A stretch of DNA of 64,000 nt from Callorhinchus milii (GCF_018977255.1 NW_024704743.1:110362001-110426000), one strand, 5' to 3'; counted from the stretch's first letter, positions 42,901 through 53,597 are shown. Notes: generated by a model from the letters alone, not told the origin. Program-made: numbers and translations.

Positions 42901-45900
42901 AGTGTCCTCAGGTTACTGCCCCATATGCCAGTGGAAATAGTTTTTCCCAGTCCAACCTATCAAATCCTCTCATGATCTTGAAAACCTCTATTAAATCCCC
43001 TCTTAATCTTCTCTGCTCTAGGGAGAATAATCCTAGTTTCACTAACCTCTCCTCATAACTAAGGTCCTTCATTCCTGATACCATCCTGGTAAACCTCCTT
43101 TGCACACTCTCCAATGCCCTAATATATTTCCTAAAGTGCAGTGCCCAGAACTGAACGCAGTACTCCAACTGAGGCCTAACCAGCATTTTATAAATATTCA
43201 ACATAACCTCCTGACTTTTGAATTCTATGCCCCTATTTATAAAATCTAGTATCCCGTATGCTTTTTTTAACAGCCTTATCTACTTGTCCTGCCACATTCA
43301 GAGATTTGCTTATGTGGACCCCCAGGTCTCTCTGTTCATTTGCCCTCTAGCTTACACTGGCTCTCCTCATTCTTCCTACCAAAATGCAACACTTCACATT
43401 TCTCCACATTAAATCTCATCTGCCACGTTTCTGCCCATTTTACCAAACTATCTAAGTCCTCTTGGAGTCTGGTGCTATCCTCATCACCATTAACTATTTT
43501 TCCAAGCTTAGGTCAAACTACCGAGGAACGTAAAGACAGACTCCAAGAGTTTTTATAAATATATAGAGAGGAAGAGGCTGTCAAAGGTAAATGTGGGTCC
43601 ACTACAGGCAGAGACGAGGGGAATTATAGTAGGGGACAAATATGTGGAGTCCTGTAGCTTAGTGGTTAGAGCACTCACCTCACAAGCGAGAGAGCTGGTT
43701 TCGGTTCCTGGCAGGGTGAAACCAAGTTCCCTTTGCTCCATACTCCTCTGTTTACCTAGCAGTTAGCTGATTGGCGGATCGCTTTTCTAGGGGTAATAAT
43801 TCCTTAAAAAAAATTGGTTCCTTCAATCCACAACTATTTGTAGGACAATGCTATGTGCAATTGGCTGCCGTGTTTCTTCCATGGGATGTACAGTCAATTC
43901 ACTTTGCAATATGTTTTGGGAAAATTGGGACGCTATCCTGCGTGAGGGGCAGGTTGTTGTTGTATGTTCTGTGAAGCGCTTTGAGACACCTCGAAGACTA
44001 TGTCAAATGAAAGGTTTTTTATTATTATTATAGACGGCAAATTGTCAAGTTCCTCAAGTGCCTTGGGATGCGAGAGGAGCTACATAAATGAAAATTTGTA
44101 TTGTAGTGCAGGGTGCTTTCTAAGAACATAGTAAATGCTAAAATTGTCATGTGCAGCAATGCAAGAAATGACCTACTTGCCAGGCACCCAAATAAATCCC
44201 CTGGTGTTAACACTTACCACCACCAGAGGTCCTACCAAATACTGTATCATCACTGTACTGTTGGCCTCTAGATGAGGCTATATCAACAATGTTTCAAAAC
44301 CAAGAATTAAATGATGTAGAAAAAATAAAGGATTGGTTTATTATTAATGAGAACTGGTAAGGCATGTATTTAGACAAGCTGAACCCATTTAGGCACACGC
44401 TCAAATATATTTTAAACAAGTATGTTTTTCAACCTATCACAACAACTTGCATTTATGTGGTGCCTTTCATTTGGGGTAATGCCTCAGAAGTCTTAATTCT
44501 AATTAATCCACTATCTGTGCGCAATTGGCTGCCACGTTTTGCCCACAAAATATACAGTCAATTCACTTTACAATATATTCTGTGAAGCACTTTGAGACAT
44601 TTCAATGATGCATTAAGGTTCTATATCAAATGCAAGGATTATTATTGTAATTCTGAGCTTTCCTGTAAATTGTTTAGTTAGGTATTCGTTGAATTCAAAA
44701 TTCAATTTTAATTCCAAGTCTGTGCTGGAATGTTAAATTACAATTTATTTTCGTGAAAAGGTTAGCATGTCAAATCAATTTATATTCCTTGTTTTACACT
44801 CAACTTACCTTTGCTACAGGATTGAGCGGCTCTGCTTGCAAAACTATCTTGAGATCCTCTGCTGCATCTTCACACTTGCCTAAATGTTTATAAACAGTCG
44901 CACGACGTAGAAGTGCTGCAAAACAAGGCAACAAATAGCAATAAGTATTACAAAAAGTGATCATAAATTCCTTTGGATTATAATTTATTGCTTTTACTTT
45001 TCTACAGTGGTCAGTACAGGGCAGCCCTGTAAGACTGCTCCTCAGGTGAGCACAAGTTTTATTGGTATATCTGATTCCCTGTACTACAAAGTGGACAACT
45101 TTTCTCTCAGAGGAATATGCCTCTGCTCGAGTCTCCTCATCCTGGAGTGCTTCCCGTACTAAAAACACACGTCTTCCAGGCCTTTAGGGCACAACTGATA
45201 TTACTACAACAACAAACAACAAAATTACATTTGTAAAGTGCCTTTCACGTCAGAAGGACGTCCCAAAGCGCTGGACAGAGTTTCGGACCCGAGCTGGGGG
45301 TCGGGGAGGGTGGAAGGCAGGGAGAAAGCAGGGAAATCGAAAGCGCGGTCGAAGAGGAGTGCCTCGAGATGGGTCTTGAAGGTGGCAAGGGAGGGGCCGA
45401 GGTGGAGGGACTGCGGGATGAAGTTCCAGAAGGTGGCGGCAGAGTAGTTGAAGGCCCACACGCCAATAGTGGGGTGAGGGAGGCGGGGGATGTAAAGCAG
45501 GTCAAAGCCCGCTGAGCAGAGGAAGCATGCAGGATGGTAGGGGGGTCAGGTCACAGAGGTAGGGGGGAGCAAGACCATGGAGGGATATGAAGGTGAGGAC
45601 CAGGATCTTGAACTGTATCCTCCGCGTAATGGGAAGCCAATGGAGTTGGGCGAGGATGGGGGTGTTAGGGTGGTGGAGCCTAGTGCGGGGGAGGACATGG
45701 GCTGCAGAGCTCTGGATGAGCTGCAGCCTATGGAGGGAGGAGTCGGGGAGGCCGACAAGCAATGACTTCCTCCGCATTATGCACGTCCACACTACATACA
45801 GGTAAAAGTTGTCGATGACACTTGCTGCATGCTGCACAGGACGTGCCGCTCATATCATTTTGTGAAGGAAAGATTTTGTGTAGTAATTAACATTGCAGTG

Positions 45901-48900
45901 ACCCATCAACCCATTAATGGGACCAAAGCTTCCAGCATGCTACTGCACAAGTTTTTTTTTGCCAGTATCTCACAGATCTGTGTCCATCTCAGAGCCCAAT
46001 GTGGATAAGTGGACATGCAGTAGTTGCCATCTACTGTACTCACCCTTCAAATTACCGGGATCCAATTTCAGCACTTGTTCAGAATCATTAAGAGCCTTGT
46101 ACCATTCCTTAAGCTCAATTTCTGATTGAGCTCTATTGTTATATGCAGCTACAGTTGGACACACAGATATACTCCTGTTCAATTTGTTTAGAGAGAGAGA
46201 GAAAATTACACACAATATGAGTGCAGATCTTCCAAATAATGAAAACGTACAATCCTACTGCTTTAGTCATAGTATTATAGTAGATTCGGGGGAGTGGGGT
46301 AAAGGGAAAGAAACGTAAGCCAGATATCCAGTGGAGTCCTGTAGCTCAGAGGTTAGAGCACTCGCTTTGCAAGTGAGAGACCTGAGTTCAATTCCAGGCA
46401 GAGGGCGAAACCTTGGGCAAGTTTCCTTACTCCACACAGAGCCTAATAATAATCCCTCCAAAACAAAACAATAATAAATTGGTCATTTTCAATCTACGAC
46501 TGTTTGTGGGACATTGCTGTGCGCAATTGGCTGCCGTTTTGCCCACAAATATACAGTCAATTCACTTTACAGTATATTCTGTGAAGCGCTTTGGGATGTC
46601 CTCTCGACGTGAAAAGCGCTATATCAAATGCAATGATTATTATTATTATTAGTTGTAAAAACTCAACAAATAACTTCAATAAACAAAATCCATCACACTA
46701 TGAGCTCAAAGGCCCAATGTAAGACTTGAACTGACAATCTTCTGACTCAGAGACAAGTACTCACAGGCAATAAATGTTGTAATCATGCTGTAATCTTATG
46801 ATAACCAAATCTATGCTATATTGAAGAATGTTTAATGGGCTGTACTGTATTTATGCTCAGGTGTACTATTTCTGATAATGGATCCGTTTCAAAAATGGCC
46901 TTTTATATATCAAAAACTTTGGTTTTGTTATAGTCCTTATTTCTCGATAAGTCTGATATTGAAATCATTTATCAATATCAGATCAATAATTATATATTGC
47001 ATGGTAGTGCACTAAATGTAAATATTTAATCAACCGTGAACATACCTGGTGTAGTAAGCAAAAGCTTCCTTATAATCACCAGCTCGGAAAGCTTCATTAC
47101 CTTTGTCCTTTTCTCGGTCAGCTGCAATCATCTTTTCTTTGTCACTCATACCTGAGAAACAGCAATGTACTACTTGTTTGAATAGCATGCATGAAACGTA
47201 TAATGATTTTTCACTTCATGTTAGAGATTTTTCAGGGTATGTGGAAAAGGGAGACAAAGGTGAGGGATATAAAATAAGGATAGATGAGATAATGAGGGGC
47301 AAATTAAACAAAAACACACCAAAATGGATCAACAGAAAAATAAAAAGGGAGATAAATAAAAAATGATTTATAAAGCTTATAAACAGAAGGGAAAAGGTGA
47401 CAAACCATTGAGCTGAATTTGACAGTACAGAAACAGGTTAAAAAGCATATTAAGGAGACAAGAAAGAATCATAAAGGGACATAGCAACAAATGCAAGACT
47501 AAATATTATAACTTTAAGAAAGTTGTCAGGAAAGACATTAAAACTCTATGGAATTGAAAAAGGAGGTTGAAAAAGATAATGAACAGGATATAGCCACAAA
47601 TTAAATTTCTACTTCTTAGTTTTTTTCAACCAGGGTGGACATTAAAAATATACTCCCGTCCCACCAAATATTGTTATAAACACTACATGTTCAGTTCAAT
47701 TATTTTTATTACTGTGTCTGCTCAGATCTACACCCATTATCAAGCCTCTACAAATCGCAGTTTTATAGTTCCCTACTTCACAAAGTCTCCTAGTTTACAA
47801 AAAGAGGAGGATAAAGCACTTTTTAAAATAATTGCCACAAACATACACCATTTTCTTTACCTGAAACATTCAATTACCTGTAGTTTTTATTTCTTTCTCG
47901 ATTCCAGAAATCCCATCATTGAAAATTGTTTTGGATGTAATTGCTTGCTTGCCTCTATCAATCTTAGCACATTCTTCTTCCACATCAAATCTAAAATGAA
48001 ACTTTTCTTTTTAAATATACATCTTCGAATGAATAACATTCAGCATAACAATATTTAATCTTTTACAAAAATGTTTATATTAGCATTCAAAGACAATGAT
48101 GTTAAATTTGCACCATTCACTCTACTCGGGGGAGGGGGGAAAGAAAGGAGTGAGGTCTCCTTGGAGCTTAGCTGGTTGCAATGTGACATGCTTGAGATTG
48201 GAATGTGATGCTCTATGAATACTGGAATTATGACCTCTATATGAAACAATAATTTTGAAATCTGGACCAGAATCCTGTTCTTTAACCTGTAACCCACAGC
48301 AAAATAAAGTGACATTGACATCGTAGAATATTAATAATATTTGATTTAGGGCCTTATCACATCATTGAGACGTTTCAAAGCACGTCACAGTATTGTAACG
48401 TATATAAATATATAAAATATAACATGAAATAAGTGAATAGAAATATAGAAGTCCAGATACAGAACTGGTCACTAGTTGGTCATTTGGCACTATACCAACA
48501 ACCATCATGGTTGCTTTCTTAGTTCCTTTGTGGTGCATTCAATTTGCTCAGAATCTGTGCAAAATTTTGAAAACATAACCTTAAGTTGACCTACTTATCC
48601 CATTCCTTGTAATCCTTCGGTTTCACACATTTCTTTGCTGTTGATTTTCTGTCCCCGCTATTCTGTGAAATAAATAGTACTATAATCAATGTAAGTAAAC
48701 ACAGGTATAGAAAAGCAACAAAAAAGGAGTTCAAAATGACTAAGTAGGTCAGAAAATTTTCAAAATAAAGGCGTTAATAAGACTTTCTAAAGCCACATTA
48801 GTAGTAAAATGTGAGGGAATAGCAATGATACTAAATCAGTGCAGTATTTCACCTCAGTTTTCATCCACAAAGTTAGAGAGCGAGCATATAATGATTTTGA

Positions 48901-51818
48901 CGAGAACGGTCTCCATTCTGTGGTTAGGCAATAGCTGGATAGGAGGGACTCGAGCAACAATTAAAGAGAAAGATGGGAGTGACGTTGAGTGGCAACAAAG
49001 CACTCTAGGGCTTTAGACAGGAAGGGCAGAAAGCACTCCCTCTCTATGGCCCTGATATCCTTGCTAAACTGGGGTGACCAAAACCAGATACAGTACACTG
49101 TGGTCAAACCAGTTGTGGCCAGTACTCCTTACAAGGATGCATCCTGCTTACCTAATTCTGGAAATTATCAGGCGCACGTTGGCAAGAGATATGGCTTGGG
49201 GACCTCAGATTGTGCAATGGGATACTACTCAAGTTTAGCCAGCTAAAATCACAAAGCTTGTCATTGAAAGCTTTAACACTACTTGTCCAGCTAGGACCAC
49301 CCTACCGGGTAGGGCTATGGCTTGCAAGGTTAACGGGAGCAGAGTGGAAAGAGTCCCTGCCTCCAGTAACTGCCCTTCCAAGGCCTTTCGAGGTGCCAAG
49401 CTGGCAAGCCCTGGAGTACTGCAGCCCTGCCTGACTCAGGAACTAGACTACCAAGGCTGCCACAGAGGGTGGGCTTGATTCTGATATTCCGTTGACAAAC
49501 GTGTCATTTAGGAGCCAGTTCACCTCCATGGAGACCCCAATTACCCCCCACCCCCCAGAGGATGGTCACTTGACATCCAACAAGCACAGGTTTGAACCCT
49601 CACCAAGACCTCCTGCGGGCAACACAGCTTAGCATAAAATGCAAAAGAACATTGACACAATCTTCATGTCCACAGCTCGAATACACATCTCTTCCCATTG
49701 AACAATGATTCCACTTGTTGGAGGTGCAGAGCTAAAGCAGTAGTACTTCTCTGCAACCAATCAACGTGGATTCCAAGCAATGGGTTTATAAATTGATTTA
49801 TATACACATTTAAATTATAACTGCTCTTTGCTGAATACCGAATGACATTTCAATAACCATGAAGTAATCCAAGTAAGAGAAAACATGGAGAAAAGTATTA
49901 ATTTAGAGTATTCATAAACTTCCACTGAAAAGCGCTATATCAAATGCAAGGATTATTATTATTATTATTATTACCTGGTAGGAAAGAATTGACGAATTAG
50001 CACCACGGACAGGTGCATTATTTTCTGAGCTGAAATCCACTGCTGTTGTGTTCCTAATATTTTGTTCATTTTCCTTTTGCTTCATTTCATCTGTCCAACT
50101 CTAGGAAGAAACAGAGGGTGAGAATGAAGCATGAAACACCAGAAACAAAACTTAATTTAAAAAATTGTAATTCAATTGTCAAGCACATCAGTGAGACAAC
50201 ATAATTAATTCCTGGCAAATATACCTCCAAGAAAGCTTTTAACTCACTTTCTTCTTTGTGATGGCTCATACAGTCCACCTCCAAACCCGTTCTTATCTCC
50301 TCCCACAGAATGTCTGTCAAAAGCTGGTAACTCTCCATTGCTCCACCAACTCTCAAGCCCCACACATACAACTGTTTAAACCTTAATAAATTTTACATGT
50401 AAGCAAACCACACTAAACACTAAGGCTTGATACAAAAAGAAACACAATAAAATTGTGTTGAAAATGATTACACAAAACCAAATGATTCTTTTATTCACCA
50501 GCATGACGGCCAGACTGAATAACATTACTTACACCTCTATGAATTCATCTACTTATGGTGCATACCTTGAGATCACCAGTGATTTCTTGCCATTCATCTG
50601 CAGTAAAGCTAGCAGCAGTAGCTGCAGGTTTACTTTTACGAAGAACACGACTATTTGGATTCAGCTTTTCAATTTTCTTTTCACAAAATCCTGTAAGATC
50701 AGGATAAAGTCCTTCCTCGCCAGACCTTGAAAATAGCATACAAAAGTAGTAATAATAATAATGCTTGCATTTGGTATAGTGCTTTTCATATCAGGAGGAC
50801 ATCTTGAAGCACTTCACAAGATTTACTGTATAGATAATCATGGCAGCCAATTTGCGCACAGCAATGTCCCACAAACTGCCAGAAGGTGAGTTACCAATTT
50901 TATTTGGGGGAATGTTGGCCAAGACACTGGGAGGAACTGCCTCCTCTTTTTGAATAGAGCCATGAGATATTTAATGTCCATCTGAACAGGCAGACAGGGA
51001 CCTTGGTTTAACATCTCATCCAAACGAGGGCACCTCCGACAATGCGGCACACTCCCAGGATTGCATTGGAGAATTGGCCTAGAATATATGAGTTCAAAGT
51101 CCCAATGTGAGGCTTGAACCCCCAACCTTCTGATCCAGAGGTGAGAGTGCTACCAACTGAGTCAGACTGACACATCATGAAATTAAGCAGAGGTATATTT
51201 GACTATTTGAGGTTGACCACGGTGTATATGGACATTCATCAGACCTTTGATGGGGTAAGAGAGTAAGATCAAAATTTAAGATTCACGGTATTAAAAGGAA
51301 GAAGTGGGTAGAATGGCTGAGAAACAAAACAAAAAACAATGGAGTAAGAATCAGTGGGTGTTTCTTGGGGTACGAGGAATGTGATGGTTGATATGCAGAG
51401 AAGTAAGCGATTGCAGCTCACTTTCAACTGGTGGAACCATTGTTCAGTGGGCTGTGGTGGGCAAGAAGATGATGCAAATTACATCATGCATTTCATGCTG
51501 AGTGACATGCAGTGTAACAATCTCCCAACCTTACTCTGGTGTCCCCAAGCTTTGGCTCTCACTAACCTGCACCTAATACTCCAAGAAGGGCCATTATTTT
51601 GCTCTTCACTGTCACAAAAGTAAAACAAAAATGATTTTTATATTTAGTTTTTTTTACCTTAGCACTGTCAGAATTTTTCCCAGATAGTTCTCATCTTTAC
51701 ATTTCTCAATGAAGTCGTAATCCAAATGCTCAATTGGAAGATTATAGGTCTTGGTGGTTCCCTGGGTCCAAGCATAAGATGGTTCTGAGGTCCTCGGTGG
51801 AATTTGTTCTGTAGTCAT
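21770..51818 (-). CDS. SPAG1: Sperm-associated antigen 1 (TPR co-chaperone / dynein assembly factor); whole CDS span, 18 coding exons, 990 aa
   Basis: Manually spliced GT-AG exons of 161,160,126,68,113,106,131,107,139,474,100,153,176,142,127,159,393,138 nt. Phases are all compatible and sum to 2973 nt. The translation follows recalled vertebrate SPAG1 ([38 protein letters not shown], three TPR blocks, C-terminal KP.NAYEFGQ RPAP3_C domain). Confidence 0.97.
22005..22320 (-). mobile_element. Degenerate ancient SINE-like repeat
   Basis: GATCCTGTCCTCACC..CCAATTGTAGCACCCC..GCTGAAATCAGCTAA resembles a recurrent shark SINE as I recall it; not verified. Confidence 0.45.
23659..24051 (-). CDS. SPAG1: SPAG1 exon 18: VADGDEEE...[10 protein letters not shown]...HLCKVERFK (RPAP3_C-like domain)
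   Basis: tttaaag| acceptor, AAG|gtagtt donor, 393 nt (within ORF 23545-24111). Confidence 0.95.
24661..24819 (-). CDS. SPAG1: SPAG1 exon 17: [29 protein letters not shown]...RKKIQIDE
   Basis: ttttctag| acceptor, GAG|gtattt donor, 159 nt open. Confidence 0.94.
25542..25786 (-). mobile_element. L2 3' fragment inserted into a SINE head
   Basis: Same tail as 45205-45450; flanked by duplicated TAGCT of the interrupted SINE. Confidence 0.8.
26303..26429 (-). CDS. SPAG1: SPAG1 exon 16: [42 protein letters not shown]
   Basis: cttttag| acceptor, |gtgaga donor, 127 nt. Confidence 0.96.
28015..28156 (-). CDS. SPAG1: SPAG1 exon 15: [46 protein letters not shown](R)
   Basis: ctttcag| acceptor, |gtaact donor, 142 nt; TPR block 3. 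Confidence 0.95.
29083..29258 (-). CDS. SPAG1: SPAG1 exon 14: [26 protein letters not shown]...KSDQDL(G)
   Basis: tttgcag| acceptor, |gtatga donor, 176 nt; DG.NWREKL.PIP motif. Confidence 0.94.
33010..33162 (-). CDS. SPAG1: SPAG1 exon 13: [50 protein letters not shown](R)
   Basis: cccctag| acceptor, |gtgagc donor, 153 nt. Confidence 0.96.
34614..34940 (+). mobile_element. Young tRNA-derived SINE (short variant); preceded by a 5'-truncated copy at 34449-34566
   Basis: Near-identical to 13160-13477; (ATT)n tail. Confidence 0.92.
35763..35862 (-). CDS. SPAG1: SPAG1 exon 12: [33 protein letters not shown](R)
   Basis: Donor |gtgagt; acceptor tcaag| at 35862, with an in-frame alternative caacag| at 35856. 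Confidence 0.93.
36594..37192 (-). mobile_element. L2 LINE 3' fragment
   Basis: Reverse complement resembles the 3' part of the 495-1772 element; (CAA)n tail at 36594. Confidence 0.85.
38830..39303 (-). CDS. SPAG1: SPAG1 exon 11: low-complexity linker incl. MGNILKK, then start of TPR block 2 ([14 protein letters not shown])
   Basis: cttatag| acceptor, CAG|gtatga donor, 474 nt open (ORF track 38813-39340). Confidence 0.93.
40321..40565. repeat. Three tandem 18-bp units TGGGCGAGCGCGCGCATC followed by degenerate (TG)n
   Basis: Units at 40321-40374 read directly; TG-rich tract follows. Confidence 0.9.
41616..41754 (-). CDS. SPAG1: SPAG1 exon 10: [46 protein letters not shown]
   Basis: tttcag| acceptor, AAG|gtgagg donor, 139 nt; TQ.KGKRM.I motif. 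Confidence 0.9.
42625..43510 (-). mobile_element. CR1-clade LINE 3' fragment (ORF2 C-terminus + 3' UTR)
   Basis: [62 protein letters not shown] is diagnostic of CR1; (ATTCT)-type tail near 42630. Confidence 0.93.
44809..44915 (-). CDS. SPAG1: SPAG1 exon 9: [36 protein letters not shown]
   Basis: ttttgcag| acceptor, AAG|gtaagt donor, 107 nt. Confidence 0.95.
45205..45762 (-). mobile_element. L2 LINE 3' fragment
   Basis: Encodes [45 protein letters not shown], the L2 ORF2 C-terminus; shared tail. Confidence 0.88.
46044..46174 (-). CDS. SPAG1: SPAG1 exon 8: [24 protein letters not shown]...LDPGNLK
   Basis: aacag| acceptor, |gtgagt donor, 131 nt, TPR motif. Confidence 0.95.
46333..46650 (+). 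mobile_element. Young tRNA-derived SINE (short variant)
   Basis: Near-identical to the other copies. Confidence 0.92.
47046..47151 (-). CDS. SPAG1: SPAG1 exon 7: [34 protein letters not shown](R), start of TPR block 1
   Basis: ttctcag| acceptor, |gtatgt donor, 106 nt. Confidence 0.95.
47878..47990 (-). CDS. SPAG1: SPAG1 exon 6: [11 protein letters not shown]...IEKEIKTT(G)
   Basis: ttttag| acceptor, CAG|gtaatt donor, 113 nt; FDVE.EC.KID motif. Confidence 0.92.
48595..48662 (-). CDS. SPAG1: SPAG1 exon 5: [22 protein letters not shown](K)
   Basis: tttcacag| acceptor, |gtaggt donor, 68 nt; P.DY.EWDK motif. Confidence 0.92.
49975..50100 (-). CDS. SPAG1: SPAG1 exon 4: [13 protein letters not shown]...[14 protein letters not shown]
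   Basis: ttcctag| acceptor, CAG|gtaata donor, 126 nt open; matches SW..E.K..E and PVRG.NS of SPAG1. Confidence 0.9.
50566..50725 (-). CDS. SPAG1: SPAG1 exon 3: [17 protein letters not shown]...[10 protein letters not shown]
   Basis: tcaag| acceptor, |gtatgc donor, 160 nt, in phase. Confidence 0.95.
50750..51174 (-). mobile_element. Older DeuSINE-like (SacSINE1-type) element; other copies at about 3669-4085 +, 8975-9320 +, 23085-23405 +, 29325-29732 -, 54180-54470 -
   Basis: Head GTCAGTCTGACTCAGTTGGTAGCACTCTCACCTCTG..GAAGGTTG.GGGTTCAAG; central TGTCGGAGGTGCC..TTTGGATGAGATGTTAAACCAAGGTCCC domain; L2-like tail. Family name is from recall. Confidence 0.75.
51658..51818 (-). CDS. SPAG1: SPAG1 coding exon 1 (gene exon 2): [53 protein letters not shown](R)
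   Basis: Acceptor ttccag 2 nt before ATG (51816-51818); donor AG|gtaaaa. Confidence 0.93.
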
Positions 51819-52539
51819 AGCTGGAAAGAAACCAAACAATCATTTAATTTTGCTCCTCTAACAGTCCTGTAAACACTATGTTTGCTGTTTTTCACCAATA
51901 ACATATTATATGACCTCTGAACAATGCATGCCTGTATACTTTTTATAAAGCCCCAAATATCTATCAACAAAACAGGTGGTAAACATATGTAGAACTCTCT
52001 CTCATTCACCCACATACAACAGCCACCTCTGCTATCTCAAATACAAATCCCCTTTGCTCTTGAAGGTAAATGGCAGAAAAACAGCCTCGTAGTCCATCAC
52101 AAAATTTGGCTCAAACACCTGAGAAACTACCTCCTCTCCCTCTCAAAGCTAAAATCCCATTGTATCTAAGATCATGCTACAGACCAAGGAAAAGGCCAAG
52201 CACCTCTTCTCTACCACAAATCACCTCCTCTGCACCAGTTAGCTGGTTAAACATCACATTAACTCAATTCACATAGGGGGTCTCCAAACTTGACTCTTGC
52301 CAACTTTCCCTATTTTTCAGGAATAGGTCAGCAGCGAGCGCCCCTCCAGTGATCCAAGCGCTCATTCCATTCCAAAGGGAAATTTCCAGTAGAGCTTTCA
52401 GTCTGGTTTGGATGCTCTTAAGCAGGGTGATCGGTTGCTGCATGTCAAGATACCCAGCTGATCCATTTCCATAGCAGCTTTTTCCGCCCATCGCCTGAGG
52501 CGTAAAATACAACATTTAGCCCTGGATATATTCACCTCT

Positions 52540-52872
52540 GTAATTTCTGGTTTGCTTGTTTTGTTGCAATTCCCCGCCCTTTGTTTTGCATTATTAACAC
52601 CTCTTTAACCCCCTGTTTTGTTGCAACCGCCCCCCTTTTGTGGTGCATCAACCCATCATCTTCAACCCACCCACCCCCTGTCCTCTTTGCTCTTCCATGC
52701 CCTGCCTCTCCCTTGTTCGCCCTTTTAAAAGCCTCCCCCCCCGCCTCCTCCCGACACGCCCCAGTTCCGACGAAGGGCCGCGGACCCGAAACGTTGAGAC
52801 TCGCTTTCCTTTCTCCATTCCGTGCTGCCCGACCTGCCCGGGGGGTTCCCAGCCACTTGGCTTTTCGTTTGC
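52540..52872 (+). mobile_element. Penelope-like element terminal fragment with degenerate hammerhead motif (second copy at about 12880-13015, minus strand)
   Basis: CAGTTCCGACGAAGGG..CCCGAAACGTT..CTCGCTTTCCTTTCTCCA..TGCTGCCCGACCTGC; the 12880-13015 copy reads GAAATGTTAACTCACTTTCCTCTCTCCAAAGATGCTGGCTGACCTG on the minus strand. Confidence 0.65.
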
Positions 52873-53420
52873 GCTTTGAAGCACTTCACTTGAGGGGGAG
52901 GAGGGTCACTGGTCACGCGGGGCAGTCGTTTGCACACCTGGAAACGGACCTCGCAGCACTTTGCACTCTTCCCCCTCTCTCTTTCTCTGTGTGTGTGTGT
53001 GTGTGGGCACCAACCACCTGCTGCCTGAGTGCTCCCGTTGCCATGGCGACCACCGCCAGCCAGGAGACTCGCACCACCGATTGCCTTCTTGAACCCTGAC
53101 ATTGCAGCACGTTACACGTTTCCTCGCCACACACTTATGTGTGTGTGTGTGTGTTTTTGTGGCGGGGGGTGGGGGGGGGGAGACAGTAGTTAAAAGGTGG
53201 GTTTGAATACCTGCGTCCGCTCGCGCTCCTTCTCTCGCAGCCGAGCGGCGCCAACCGCCTCGCCGGCCCAGCAGGCACCGCGCGGCCGCCAGCCAACCGG
53301 AAGCTGAACGCTCAATCACGTCATCGGCCATCTGGCGGGGAATTTGAATCGGGAAGCGCTCTCCAGGTGAGTCTCTCTTGAGACCAAACAAAGAACAACC
53401 TTAACACTCCAACAGGCCCG
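52740..53420. promoter_or_regulatory. SPAG1 CpG-island promoter: X-box 53037-53050, ETS CCGGAAG 53297-53303, CRE-like TGACGTGA 53316-53323, CDE/CHR 53333-53348
   Basis: High CpG density against a CpG-depleted background; motifs read directly from the sequence. Confidence 0.8.
53211..53300 (-). other. SPAG1: Candidate non-coding exon 1 of SPAG1 (5' end approximate)
   Basis: GC/CpG-rich segment ending in CAG|gtattc donor at 53211, within the CpG island upstream of the ATG exon. Confidence 0.6.
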
Positions 53421-53597
53421 ACCTCAGCAATCCCGTTGGTACGCCGAATGGTCCTGTGGTTTACTGGCAATTCCCTGCGTCTTCCCCACACCCGTTAATA
53501 ATAACCCTTGCGTTTGAAATAGCGCCTGATCAATGTCAAGGTGTCTCAAAACGCTTCACAGGATAAATAATAATAATAATCCTTGCATTATTCGACG

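Noticed and set aside
46333..46410. tRNA-Ala(TGC)-like sequence (also at 13400-13477, 34614-34690, 53840-53914)
   Set aside because: The acceptor stem is imperfect, and each copy continues into the same SINE body and tail; these are SINE heads, not tRNA genes.
47861..47877. Alternative donor CAG|GTAAAG 17 nt beyond the SPAG1 exon 6 donor
   Set aside because: It would shift the frame; the donor at 47878 keeps phase with exon 7.
52581..53391. Long ORFs in the CpG island
   Set aside because: GC-rich sequence is poor in stop codons; the region is explained by promoter and repeat sequence.
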